Virus record (IMG/VR): IMGVR_UViG_3300005573_000063 | Coordinates: 58,097 to 122,096 of that record | Reading direction: 5' to 3' (one strand) | Length of the DNA stretch: 64,000 bases | DNA from: a virus | Shown: in pieces, positions 30,817-41,400 of the stretch | Numbering within the stretch: the first letter of the stretch is position 1 | Layout: each line of letters opens with the position of its first letter | The notes under the pieces: generated by a model | What the model was told of the DNA's origin: nothing | Seen by the model: the letters and a program-made list of their open reading frames with translations, nothing else | Databases searched by the model: none | Position numbers and translations under genes: made by a program

Positions 30817-31578
30817 ATGAGTGTTTTTCTTTTGGATGAACTTTTCGTAAAAGAAGGAGTAGCAGACAAAAGATCATTCTTTATACCTCTTGAGGGAGCG
30901 ACTGCTTCTCCGGTTCAACACGTAGAACGTTTGAGTGGGGGAAAAAACAACCAATACGTTCATCGTCTTTATCATGTGAATGGAGCGGTGACTCTAGCTA
31001 AAGGACTGTCCAGGCAAGAAGATCAAGCTAAGGAGATTCTTGCATCCCATGTGGGGAAAGCCATTGGGGCTCCCATTGGCGAGAGTTTAGCTACCTTCCC
31101 TTCAGGAAATGCGCAATTTGAAGTTCAATCTCCCTTTTTTGAAGGTCGAGCGGGCGTAAAGTACAAGCCTTCTTCTAATCCCCTGATCCAGGCTTCTCCT
31201 GAGGTAATGCGCAAGGGAGGAAAGCGCTTAGGATTGTTGGACGCTCTTATCTCTAATACAGATAGAATGCACTACAATTGGATTGTTCCTCATGATGCAC
31301 CCGATGAAGTGCGTGGCATAGATCATGGAAATACTTTTCGAGGATGGGAGCCACCTCGGTCGCCATTTAGTCAATTTTGGGCTAATCCCGATGTTCCTCA
31401 CGGCAACAAGTTTACGGAAGATGAGCTACTTCCCTATGAAGACAAGCTCAAGCAACTAGCTCATACATTTGATGCTTATGGCTTTAATAAAGCACATGAG
31501 GATTTAATGGATAAATATTACAGATTACTGGACACAGCTCGCCCCAATGGGCATCCTTATAGTCCTCTTAATTTCTAG
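30817..31578 (+). CDS. HipA/PI3-4K-like kinase
   Basis: LAKG, EILASHVGKAIGAP, LDALISNTDRMHYNW, GIDHG. Confidence 0.8.
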   Translation: MSVFLLDELFVKEGVADKRSFFIPLEGATASPVQHVERLSGGKNNQYVHRLYHVNGAVTLAKGLSRQEDQAKEILASHVGKAIGAPIGESLATFPSGNAQFEVQSPFFEGRAGVKYKPSSNPLIQASPEVMRKGGKRLGLLDALISNTDRMHYNWIVPHDAPDEVRGIDHGNTFRGWEPPRSPFSQFWANPDVPHGNKFTEDELLPYEDKLKQLAHTFDAYGFNKAHEDLMDKYYRLLDTARPNGHPYSPLNF

Positions 31579-31589
31579 CACGACTCAAT

Positions 31590-31618
31590 TTGACTTTATC
31601 CTATTTCTGTGATATCAT
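31590..31618 (+). promoter_or_regulatory. sigma70/SigA-type promoter
   Basis: TTGACT-17 nt-TATCAT with extended TG. Confidence 0.7.
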
Positions 31619-31648
31619 GAGAGATGAGATAGGAAAGAAAGGAATATC

Positions 31649-31894
31649 ATGGCTACACGTAAATTAGAGATTTTTGAACACGACTACGACAAGGGCGCAG
31701 GTAAAAGCTCTCAGAGTGATACCGTGGAGCTACGTAACGGAAAACTTTACGTGGGTGCATCTGCAGCAGAAATTGTAGACAGCCTAGAGAGGCGTCTGAG
31801 CCATGCTCTCGGGCATTCTCCTACTGATGAGGAGATATTCAACGAGCTGGCTAATTACTCCAATGGGTACATTGGGGGAAGAGAAATTTTCTAA
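31649..31894 (+). CDS. hypothetical protein
   Basis: own promoter and AAGGA RBS. Confidence 0.65.
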   Translation: MATRKLEIFEHDYDKGAGKSSQSDTVELRNGKLYVGASAAEIVDSLERRLSHALGHSPTDEEIFNELANYSNGYIGGREIF

Positions 31895-31904
31895 CCCGGC
31901 ACGG

Positions 31905-31933
31905 TTGACATATTCGCCGCTATACTGTAAGAA
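31905..31933 (+). promoter_or_regulatory. possible sigma70-type promoter
   Basis: TTGACA-17 nt-TAAGAA. Confidence 0.4.
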
Positions 31934-31963
31934 GAGCGTTCTCATCCGAGATGCTCACTTAGA

Positions 31964-32245
31964 GTGAAGGAGAATATATTGGCTGCTACAACTACTAAAT
32001 CTATGTCGGTTGAAAATGGAGTGCGAGGACTTCAAGAAAATACCTGTATTTATGATGTATACAATTATCTCAAGACCAATAAGCGCTGGGTAGACTCTCA
32101 GGAGTTGCGTTTCGGTGGCATTGGTGGAGAGGATGGACCACGTAGAGTGCGTGAGTTGCGTGCTCTAGGGGTTAACATTCAGACTCAGCCAGTGAAGGGT
32201 ACTCGCAGGGTAGCATATCGGTTGGCTAAGGGTACCACAAAGTAG
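31964..32245 (+). CDS. winged HTH-like protein
   Basis: YNYLKTNKRWVDSQEL...RRVRELRALGVNI...YRL. Confidence 0.6.
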   Translation: MKENILAATTTKSMSVENGVRGLQENTCIYDVYNYLKTNKRWVDSQELRFGGIGGEDGPRRVRELRALGVNIQTQPVKGTRRVAYRLAKGTTK

Positions 32246-32269
32246 TACGAGTTCCATAATTTAACTAAG

Positions 32270-32298
32270 TTGACTTCCCACCTCGTCTCTGGTAGACT
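32270..32298 (+). promoter_or_regulatory. promoter of His-protein array 1
   Basis: TTGACT-17 nt-TAGACT with extended TG. Confidence 0.7.
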
Positions 32299-32336
32299 TG
32301 GTGGGACAGTCATTTAAGAAGATAAAAAGGATAAGT

Positions 32337-32549
32337 ATGCCTCGTACAGATTGGCTGAATGATTATAGTGGGGTTCAGCGACATCTCTTCATGGCACATA
32401 ATATCCCCTTTGCGACGAATTATGATTTTCTTATAGAAACCCATCGTCATTTCCATGAAATTAACGATATACCGAGCGGCTATGCGTTCGGATATGAAAA
32501 ACCTATTACTCATTCTCACCCAGGTATGAAAGAATGGACAGCACCATGA
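32337..32549 (+). CDS. six-His small protein (array 1)
   Basis: GVQRHLFMAH...HRHFH...HSHP. Confidence 0.75.
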   Translation: MPRTDWLNDYSGVQRHLFMAHNIPFATNYDFLIETHRHFHEINDIPSGYAFGYEKPITHSHPGMKEWTAP

Positions 32550-32758
32550 CTACAACTTCTTACACTAGAAATGGAGTAGTGAGACACCTTTTTGAATGCC
32601 ATAATGTCTCTTTTATTATGACAGGGGGGGATCTCACTTTTCTCATAAGGGATCATCGGACGGCGCATCAGTACCTTAATGAAGAGATTTTTTCAGAAGG
32701 AAGTAGGACTCCCGTGAAGCATGACCACCCCGGAATGAAAGAATGGCCAGCACGATGA
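32546..32758 (+). CDS. six-His small protein (array 1)
   Basis: GVVRHLFECH...HRTAH...HDHP. Confidence 0.75.
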   Translation: MTTTSYTRNGVVRHLFECHNVSFIMTGGDLTFLIRDHRTAHQYLNEEIFSEGSRTPVKHDHPGMKEWPAR

Positions 32759-33015
32759 GTAGAAAGGTAACCAAAGATGTCGCAGAGGAGATGCAATCTC
32801 ATTTAGGTGAGGGTCCTACTCTCTTTAGTCATCTTTTTTATGCGCACAATATACCCGTCGGGGCTCTGCAGACTAAGGAGGCAATGTTGCTCTATTACAA
32901 CTTCCACCGAAATCTGCATGCCATTCGGCACGGAACCTTCGGATGTATGGAAGGATATCAAATTCCTATTGTTCACAGCCATCCGGGGTGGGGGGAGTGG
33001 AGGTATAAGGAGTAA
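32755..33015 (+). CDS. six-His small protein (array 1)
   Basis: LFSHLFYAH...HRNLH...HSHP. Confidence 0.75.
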   Translation: MSRKVTKDVAEEMQSHLGEGPTLFSHLFYAHNIPVGALQTKEAMLLYYNFHRNLHAIRHGTFGCMEGYQIPIVHSHPGWGEWRYKE

Positions 33016-33022
33016 TGGTAAA

Positions 33023-33253
33023 ATGGATAAGGAGTTTTGTGACGAAGTGGAAAATCTTAAAGATGGAGGAGTGTTCCGTCATTTAATTCGAGAACATGGG
33101 CTTATCTCAGACAATTTGGAAGCACTAAAGCAAATTGGATTTAATGTGGGAAATATATGGTTTATTCATTTGCATGAAGAGTACCATAATTCGCCAACTA
33201 AATATTGTACAACCCATCCTCATCCATTTCCCGAAAGGAATATACAAAATTGA
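33023..33253 (+). CDS. six-His small protein (array 1)
   Basis: GVFRHLIREH...HEEYH...HPHP. Confidence 0.75.
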   Translation: MDKEFCDEVENLKDGGVFRHLIREHGLISDNLEALKQIGFNVGNIWFIHLHEEYHNSPTKYCTTHPHPFPERNIQN

Positions 33254-33513
33254 AATATAATGAAAGTCCTATTTCGAACGAAATTCCTATTTCGGACCTA
33301 AAGAATGGAGTAAGTCGTCATATAGCACGTTGTCATGGAGGTAGATACACTTTCGATGATCCTGAAAGGAGCTTTAAAGATGAAAATATATTGCATGAGA
33401 GGGATCATAGAGAAATCTTTTTATGTGTAAATGGAAAATACCCTCACTTAAAGGGAATATGCGAGAGCGTGCGTCCTCACACTCATCCACAAAGAGGAAA
33501 CGATGGATACTAG
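33250..33513 (+). CDS. six-His small protein (array 1)
   Basis: GVSRHIARCH...HERDH...HTHP; start uncertain. Confidence 0.7.
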   Translation: MKYNESPISNEIPISDLKNGVSRHIARCHGGRYTFDDPERSFKDENILHERDHREIFLCVNGKYPHLKGICESVRPHTHPQRGNDGY

Positions 33514-33742
33514 AGAGTCAAAGAATGTGCAAGATCAAGATGGGGTGGTACGTCACCTTATTCGGAGTCATCGGTATGACTATATGTTGACAGATGAGAG
33601 GGGGCTTTATGAGAGCGCCCTTTATAATGCAAAGTTTAGTAGAAAGTTTCATAGGGCACTACATGCCATGCCTCAGCCTAACTCTCCTTTTCACACTCAC
33701 CCATTTCCGATAGAGGCACAAGATGACTCATCATCCTCCTGA
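33503..33742 (+). CDS. six-His small protein (array 1)
   Basis: GVVRHLIRSH...HRALH...HTHP. Confidence 0.75.
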   Translation: MDTRESKNVQDQDGVVRHLIRSHRYDYMLTDERGLYESALYNAKFSRKFHRALHAMPQPNSPFHTHPFPIEAQDDSSSS

Positions 33743-33908
33743 TGAAATAAAAGTCCCAGTGGTACGTCATTTATGTAGAGAGCATGGGCGCAAGTATGAT
33801 AATTGGGACGTAATTCTTCCCCTAGAAGAGATTTTATATCATAAGTATTGTCATGCGATACAAGTTCTCACGCATACTCATCCATTCCCAAAATTCAATC
33901 AGAAATAG
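33723..33908 (+). CDS. six-His small protein (array 1)
   Basis: VVRHLCREH...HKYCH...HTHP. Confidence 0.75.
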   Translation: MTHHPPDEIKVPVVRHLCREHGRKYDNWDVILPLEEILYHKYCHAIQVLTHTHPFPKFNQK

Positions 33909-33979
33909 GATATTAAGTAATTTTTTCATGCTCTCGAAGTATGGAGTAGGTTACATAACACACCCCAAAGGATTTTAGA

Positions 33980-34426
33980 ATGGCATTCTCTAAGTATGCG
34001 GCTAGCGAGCTGCACTCTGATTCTGATATTGGACATCTCTTTGTGCCTGCTGACTCTCCTATGCCCAATGATTATATGGATATAGATTCAGATGACACCA
34101 AAGAAGATGCTCGTCTTAACGATCAAATGAGAAGTGATTGGAAAGAGGAACTAGACCGGGACAATGCTGATCCTGATGCAAGTCCTGAAGACAACCCAGG
34201 ACAGAGCGAAGATACTACATACAAGCGTTCTGCAAAGAATCCTATTGTAGCAGCAGTTATTCGTCAACGCCCAAATACTATTCTTGGTGCAAAAGTAGTT
34301 CTAGAAAATAAGAATGCTCGTTTTATGGGGAAGGTATTAGCAGTCGGTGATGTAGAGTTTGCTACTCACTGGAGTGATGGCAGCGTCACCATAGAGCGAA
34401 AGAGCAACTACAGCCTCTATCATTAG
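33980..34426 (+). CDS. hypothetical protein with C-terminal SH3-like module
   Basis: acidic N-half; GAKVV...GKVLAVG...HWSDGS. Confidence 0.6.
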   Translation: MAFSKYAASELHSDSDIGHLFVPADSPMPNDYMDIDSDDTKEDARLNDQMRSDWKEELDRDNADPDASPEDNPGQSEDTTYKRSAKNPIVAAVIRQRPNTILGAKVVLENKNARFMGKVLAVGDVEFATHWSDGSVTIERKSNYSLYH

Positions 34427-34577
34427 AGAGGAGGCGTGTAATGTCGCCTTCTAAAATCACCCCTAGTTCCCCTTCCCTTCCTTATCAAAAGAAACATGAT
34501 AGTATTCTCTCTCGCATAGATGTGGTACTAGATTCTATCTCTGAAGCGTTGCAAGATTCACCCCCAAAGGACTCTAA

Positions 34578-35003
34578 ATGACAGTTACATTAGCGGGTAC
34601 AGGCCCCACTGTTACTACAGTATCACAAAGCGGGACCTTCCCTACTCCTGTATTTAGTACATCTCGCACACTCCCGGCGGTAGATGTAACAGGAACCGGT
34701 AATTTCTTTAGTCCTGTAGTTTATACTCCTCATGATTCTCAGTTCCTAGTATTCGCATCTCAAGTAGAACCCTCATTTACAGGAACGCCAGGATTAACAG
34801 TAAATCTCTATGGAGGATTCTCTAATCAAGAATCCTATGCAACAGCGCCTCAGAACTTCATCCAAGCTGCGACCCTTACTATTACCTCTAATTCAGTAGA
34901 AGCAATTACTGCTCCTATCACTCTTTTGTTTCCTCAGTGGCAAATAGAGGTAGTAGCAACAGGGGGCACAGGATTGGTAGATTACTTCTTGTACTTTCTC
35001 TAA
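34578..35003 (+). CDS. Thr/Gly-rich beta protein, possibly virion structural
   Basis: amino-acid composition and beta-strand pattern. Confidence 0.55.
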   Translation: MTVTLAGTGPTVTTVSQSGTFPTPVFSTSRTLPAVDVTGTGNFFSPVVYTPHDSQFLVFASQVEPSFTGTPGLTVNLYGGFSNQESYATAPQNFIQAATLTITSNSVEAITAPITLLFPQWQIEVVATGGTGLVDYFLYFL

Positions 35004-35047
35004 ATCTATCTTGTTCTTCACACTCTAACAAATCAGTAAAGAACTAG

Positions 35048-35083
35048 CGCTATCACCTTAAAAAGTGATAGCGTTTTTCTTTT
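35048..35083 (+). terminator. Rho-independent terminator
   Basis: CGCTATCAC / GTGATAGCG stem followed by TTTTTCTTTT. Confidence 0.8.
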
Positions 35084-35095
35084 TAAGGAGTAAAA

Positions 35096-35314
35096 ATGAC
35101 TGCACCACGCAAGCAAAATATATACACACTCAAGGGCAAGTTGGCGACAGAGCGTAACCTACGTACTGCAATGACTAAAACTTCCCTAAACTGGACACTA
35201 AGTGGAGTCCCCATTAAAGATGGCATAAATGTACTAGGGGCTGCGAGAGTATGCAGTTCATGTGGTACAGAACTAGCTCCATATATGGATGATTGTCCTA
35301 CGTGCACTAACTAA
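35096..35314 (+). CDS. small zinc-ribbon protein
   Basis: CSSC...CPTC; AAGGAG RBS. Confidence 0.65.
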   Translation: MTAPRKQNIYTLKGKLATERNLRTAMTKTSLNWTLSGVPIKDGINVLGAARVCSSCGTELAPYMDDCPTCTN

Positions 35315-35418
35315 AGTAAAACATAGTTCAAGCTATTTACACCTAGAATAGATAGCATTTGTTGTGTATAAAATCATTACTTAACCTCTACCTGCTCTTT
35401 CTGATAAAAGAAGGATAC

Positions 35419-38400
35419 ATGCACAGTTTCACGAGAAGAAAAAGATTATATCCTGTTGCCGCTAATGGACAAAAAACAGCTTCTAACGAGGCTATACTTG
35501 CTCATATGCAATCTAAGCATGGAATGCCTTTCGAGACAGCACTTGCATGGAAAAAAGGATTAGATAATCCAACAAAGTATGGATACGCAGATCAAGCTCG
35601 TGTAGGAGGACAGCTGCTCAGAGTTCATAATTATCAACACCGACACCCTGATTCTCTTAATGGCATAAATCAGCCTGGGAAGGTGTACCATGAACATGGT
35701 GCACTCCATAGAAGTCTCTATAATCCTCCTTCTCCTAAAAAGAAGGCAAATACATATCACCAGGCAGATAACCATTTGCACCCTATAGTAGAAAAGGGTA
35801 TTCTTCCAATACAGGAGTGGGATCATTACCAAGATGTAGCAGAAGCATTGGCTAAACTACCTTCTCACGCTAGGCGCCCTCCTATCCCTTCAAGTAAGAC
35901 TGCCGACAATGTGAGACAATGGACAGAAGGTAATTGGTCTAGCATGAGAGCCTTCATGGAAGAGCTGCATAAAGGCAACTACGATCAGTATTTCCCTCGT
36001 ACTGATGCTGGGCTCTATTCTTTATGGCATCATTCACCTTCCACTGAGAAGGAACTACATAGGGGGCTGCGTAGTAAGAAAAGCCTTAATGAACTGGAAC
36101 AACTTCTTGATACCAATCCAGTTCTTCATGACCAATTCAACTCATGGACTGAAGATCCTTTAGTAGCTAATGATTTTGCAAGACGTAGGACACCTGCTGT
36201 GGGTACGCCTATTATTATGCACCTTCAAGGACCAGCTAAGACTCTCAATATCTCTCCTTATTCAAGTATTGTTGATGAAAAAGAACACATAGGGCGTGGA
36301 CCATATCAGGTTGTATCTCATAAGAGGAGTGCAGACAATAAAGCATTGCATGTGAATGTAAAAGCAGCAGAGCCGGTACCAGGTATAGAGGAAGATTCAC
36401 TTCCATCTATTTACTCCAAGAAGATTGCAGGAAAAGAGTATCGAAAGGGGGGTCCAAACCTTCATCGAGCTGCTGTTTTAAGAAATACCATTCGCCGTGA
36501 ACAGAGATTAGGAGGGATTCTAGATACCAAACGCCCTGAGTGGCGTGCTCAAAAGTATGCCCCTTGGGATGTAGGCCCGACGGGGGCATTCTATGATAAT
36601 GAACCCATAACCTCTCTGCCTGCAGATACATCTATTCGCCAAAATCTTATTGAACTAGCACATGATTTGAATTCAGTTCATCATGATTACTATCCTCACA
36701 ACAGGAAGGCTAAGAATTCTGATGATTATGTATGGCCGAGTTCTTACTCTCCTGTCCTCGATCACCCTGAGCATGAAAAGATGCTTCATGATAAATACTT
36801 CACTGGTCCTCAGTCTCCCACTATGGATTCTACCTTGCGTAAGATAGGATTATCTCTGCAGGGTACGGATAATCACAAAAGGCGTCATGACCCTTATCAA
36901 TTCACTTTATCTAATGCACCTAGAAATAGTCCCGAATTACATAGAGGAGTAGCTAGTCTATTACATCCTAAGACCTTAGAAGAACGCCTTATTCCCGGAA
37001 ATATGTTCAAGGATAATCCACGCTCTTGGTCTTCCAATGAGAGATATGCTCAGGAATGGACGGGCCAGCCGACTGCTCACCGGATGAACTCTAAAATAGT
37101 ATTTCATCTTCCTTCTAATTCTCAAGCTCTTCAGGTATCTCCTATTTCTCGTATTCTAGGATTAGACTTCGAGCATCAGAATGAATGGCAAGCAGGGGGA
37201 CCTTATAAGATCAATTCGGTCGATCATGCAGTGAATAATGGACACAGTATCTATCATGCACAAGTAGAGCAAGTTTCTCCAGAAGAATTTGATAAGTGGG
37301 CGCAACAAAACAAATGGACTGAACCCCCTTCTTTCTTTAAGGCTCTGAAAGATGAGCGCACACAAGATGATAAGAAGTCTGGTGAGAAAACAGACAAAGA
37401 GTTACAAGAAGAGAAGTGGACAGAACCTCCTGATTACTTCAAAGACTCGGTACATTCTCAGACATCTACCAGAAGAGGTAAGCGCCACTTCCAAAGGATT
37501 ATTGCATCTAATCCTTCTACTCCGGACCAAATTCTAGCTAGCTCACCTCATCTGAATGATTTCTTAGATACAAATGATGTAGGGAACTTGCGTGACCATG
37601 CAAATGCTCTTAATGGATCTTTAGATGATCTGTCTCTTGAAGATCACGTTCAAAGCTTTAAGGACGCCTTCCCACGTCACCCCCTTATTCATGGCATAAA
37701 GCAATGGACTCAAGATAATTCAACTCCTATTAGAAAGACCATGGAGAAGTTTCATAAGGGGAATACTCCGTTGGAGTTTGATCCTCGTGCAGATGATTAT
37801 GATAAGTTTCCTGAAGACTCTGCTAATCTTTATGCAGCATGGGCGCAAGCTCCTCATAATTCACTTGAACTACATAGGGGTATAAAGTCTTCTAAGTCAG
37901 TAGAAGAACTTCAACAAATCCTTAAAGATCATCCGGTCCTAGATGATAGTTTTGCTTCATGGTCGGGTGATCCAGAGACTTCCTATCACTTTGCTGCTCT
38001 TCCTCGGAATGCACATCATCTAAATACTCCTATAGAATTTCACCTTCCTCCAGATTCTCATGCACTTTACGTTGCTCCATGGTCTAGTAACCCCGAGGAA
38101 GAAGAATGGATAGCACATGGCCCTTATGCGGTGGATCGCAGTTATGTCACACCTCACTCCGCTCCAGATAATGAATTAGATAATGATTATTATATGGACG
38201 GGCATCAGGGTTACTTATCTAGCCATCAGCCATTTCTAGACTGGGAAAAGCAAGAGTACCCTACTTTTGACCAAGAAAGAGCAAAGTATTTAGAGAATAG
38301 GCCCCCCTTCAATATGGCCATTCCTGGTCTTGAGGAAGACAACGCAATCAAAGAAAATCGCAAGAGTCATATGCGTTCTTACTTTGACTCTCATCTTTCA

Positions 38401-41400
38401 CCAGAAGAGCAAGAAGATATAGAAAATGAAGATAGACCTCAGGCATTGCATGTGCATCTAAGGCATCTTACTCCTCAAGAACTAGCACTACATCAGAAGA
38501 CAAAACTACCTCCTGCTCAGGATATATTTGCACGTAAAATGAATAGAGAGTTCTATAGAAGATCTGCTACTCCTACACAAGCAGCTAAGCAAATTCCTTC
38601 TAATGAATTCCGCAAGCATGAAATCTCAGGTAGACCTAATCGTGGAGATTTTCCTAAGGACAATGAAGAGCTTCAGAACTATGTCTATAAGATTCTCTTA
38701 AAGCATTATCCTGCATCTACATTGCAATGGGTAAAAGATAGAGACATGCTATGGGATTACGATCCTCACGTACCTTTGAAAGAAATCAATATGGGCAGGC
38801 GTCCTGGTGGAAGAAATCCTAAGAAGGTTAAAGGTATAGAAGAAGCCATGCGTGGTGGTAAGAAAATGGACCCTGTTTTCTTGGTAAATGTATGGAAAGA
38901 TGGTGAACCTTCTGAGAAATGGGAAGTAGCAGATGGATATCATAGAACTCTTGCATATGACCATGCAGGATTCAAAAATATTCATGCATATACATGCGAC
39001 ATTCCTACGCAGGAATTGGCTGATAAATATGATTCACCATGGAAGACAGAGATGCACGATAAGAAGAAGAATGTAGCGCATAGACTAGAACAAATCCTCG
39101 CTAGACGTTATGCTGCTGCACATAAGAACATGTTCGTGCCATTAGGTACCCGAATGACTTCACCAGAAGTGTCGAGAAAAAGCTTCTCTAACGATGGTGG
39201 ATTGAATGACTACATGGATACAGTAAAACATGAAAGCGGTGAGCAATCTATTGCCAAAGGTATTTCCGAGCAGTCTCATCTCAGGAAAAGAATTGATAAT
39301 AGGTTATCTAATGAAATACTGGCATCTCATGTAGCCAAGGTTATAGGAGCGCCTGTGCCAGAAATAGGCGTTAATCCCCATAAGCAGCAGTCACGTAATG
39401 CAGAAGCCCATGAATTGATAATGCCTAAAATTCCAGGTAAGACGGGATGGGATTATGGCTTTGGGAGAGGTACAGACCACTTACAGGGAGGATTGGAACT
39501 AGGAATTCTAGACTATCTGATAGCCAATGGTGACAGGCATGGTGGAAACTATATTATCTCCCCAGATGGTAAAAGCGTTACTGGTATAGACCATGAATAT
39601 TCATTCTTTGACCCTACTCATCCAGCATTCAATCAGAGTCCCTTTGTAGAGGATCATTTCGACAATGAGTATCATCGTGCTCCTGTGGATCATGCATGGA
39701 TGCGTTCACTAGAACAACCCTTGCAAGACTTGAAGCCACTATTTAAGAAATATTACAGAGCTTCAGATCATACAGATATGATGAATAGATATCACCATCT
39801 TACTAATCAAATTGTATTCTCTCATCCTGATGCAGGTCAACTTCCTCCAACCACAGCTGCCAGGAAGACTGCATCATCTAGTCAATTTGTTCCTTTGGGG
39901 GAAAGAGAAACTTCACCTGTTACTGAAAGAACTTCTTTAGCTGATAATAAGGGAATGTTAAATTCATATGTGCATGTTTTGACGCACGCCAATAACCAGC
40001 AATCCATTGAAAAGGGAATGTTGTCTCAAAGAGGTATGAAAAAAGAGATATTGGCATCTAGAGTAGGACAGATTTTGGGAACTCCCGTAGGAGAAGTTAA
40101 ACAAGTTCCTGTATCTTCGGTTCACTTACCGGATTCTAGAGAACGGAGAGCACAAGATCCCGAAGTCGCTATTAGAATGCCTAAGCATGAAGGACAAACT
40201 GCCTTGAGCGTACCAAAGGCAGATAGAGTGGCTCACTTAGAGTACCCTGGCGGTAAAGAACTGGGATTATTTGATTATATTACTAATAATAGTGACAGGA
40301 ATGGTGGTAATTATCTAATTAATCCTCAAACAAATCAAATCCATGGAATAGATCATGAATTTACATTTATGCCTCCTGAGGATGGTGGAAGTGATTTCTC
40401 CGATTACCACATAAAACCTATTTTAAACGGGACAGGTACCCGTTCACCTATTGATCCAGATCTATATGATTCATTCGAGGAGCCCTTAAAGGCATTAGCT
40501 CCTGAGTTTAGTAAAATTCAACCGTGGGCTTATGAGAAACAAGGGGAACAACTCCATGAAGACATGATGGAGAGGTATTATCGCCTTCAGTCTGCACTTC
40601 ATAGTCTTCCTCGTCACTCTTCTTCTAGACAAGTAATTGCCAACATGTCTCCTAAAGAACTTGCAGACTTGGTGCACAAGAACACGGTCCAAAATGGTGG
40701 AGCAACCATGGACCTTGAGGGAAACACGCCTCTGCAAGGGTATTCGTATGGTCCATACAAGGATCGGGAATACAAAGTACCTACTCAGGCGTTTATGGAT
40801 AACCCACGGGCTCATCTTGAGAAGTTCTTTAATTTGAATAAAGATAAATTGGGTATAGATGGTCACCACATAGGAACATGGATTGATCCTGAAACAGGAC
40901 ACACCTATCTAGACGTGGTGAAGGTAGGAGAGCCGCATAGGGATACAATAGACGCAGCGCAGAAAGCACAGCAGCTAGCTGTGTATGATCTTGCGCATAT
41001 AGATAATAATGACCTGGGTACAGTACCCGTAGGTCAATTCAATGAAGAAGGTAGGTATATTCCCCTTGACACGCCAGACAATATCCATAATCAGCACCAA
41101 AGGCAAGCCGCTGAATCAATTAGCGGATCAGGTAATAGCAGCCCACACCAAGTACCTAGCCCAATCAGCCCAGGAGAGACGCAAGCTGTCTCATCTCGCA
41201 GGAGCGCCGGTAAGCGGAGATTCTTTAGACCTATTAACGGGCAGCGAGCCTTTGAGTACGACACCACTAGACGGAACTATACCAGAAGAGCACGAGGGGC
41301 GCCCAGAATAGGCGCAGAGGGTCCACAACAAAATCCTAATTACTTTGTACCTTCGATAAAGTCTCCTATCGTACAGCGCAAGCCTTTACTAGAAAGTGAA

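Noticed and set aside
33961-34580. CACCCC(C)AAAGGA motif before two adjacent genes as a late promoter
   Set aside because: Only two copies, largely explained by the AAAGGA ribosome-binding site.
35359-35418. Upstream TTG start for the giant ORF (and GTG 49310 for the portal)
   Set aside because: Downstream ATGs at 35419 and 49424 have clear AAGGA RBSs; the upstream extensions look non-coding.
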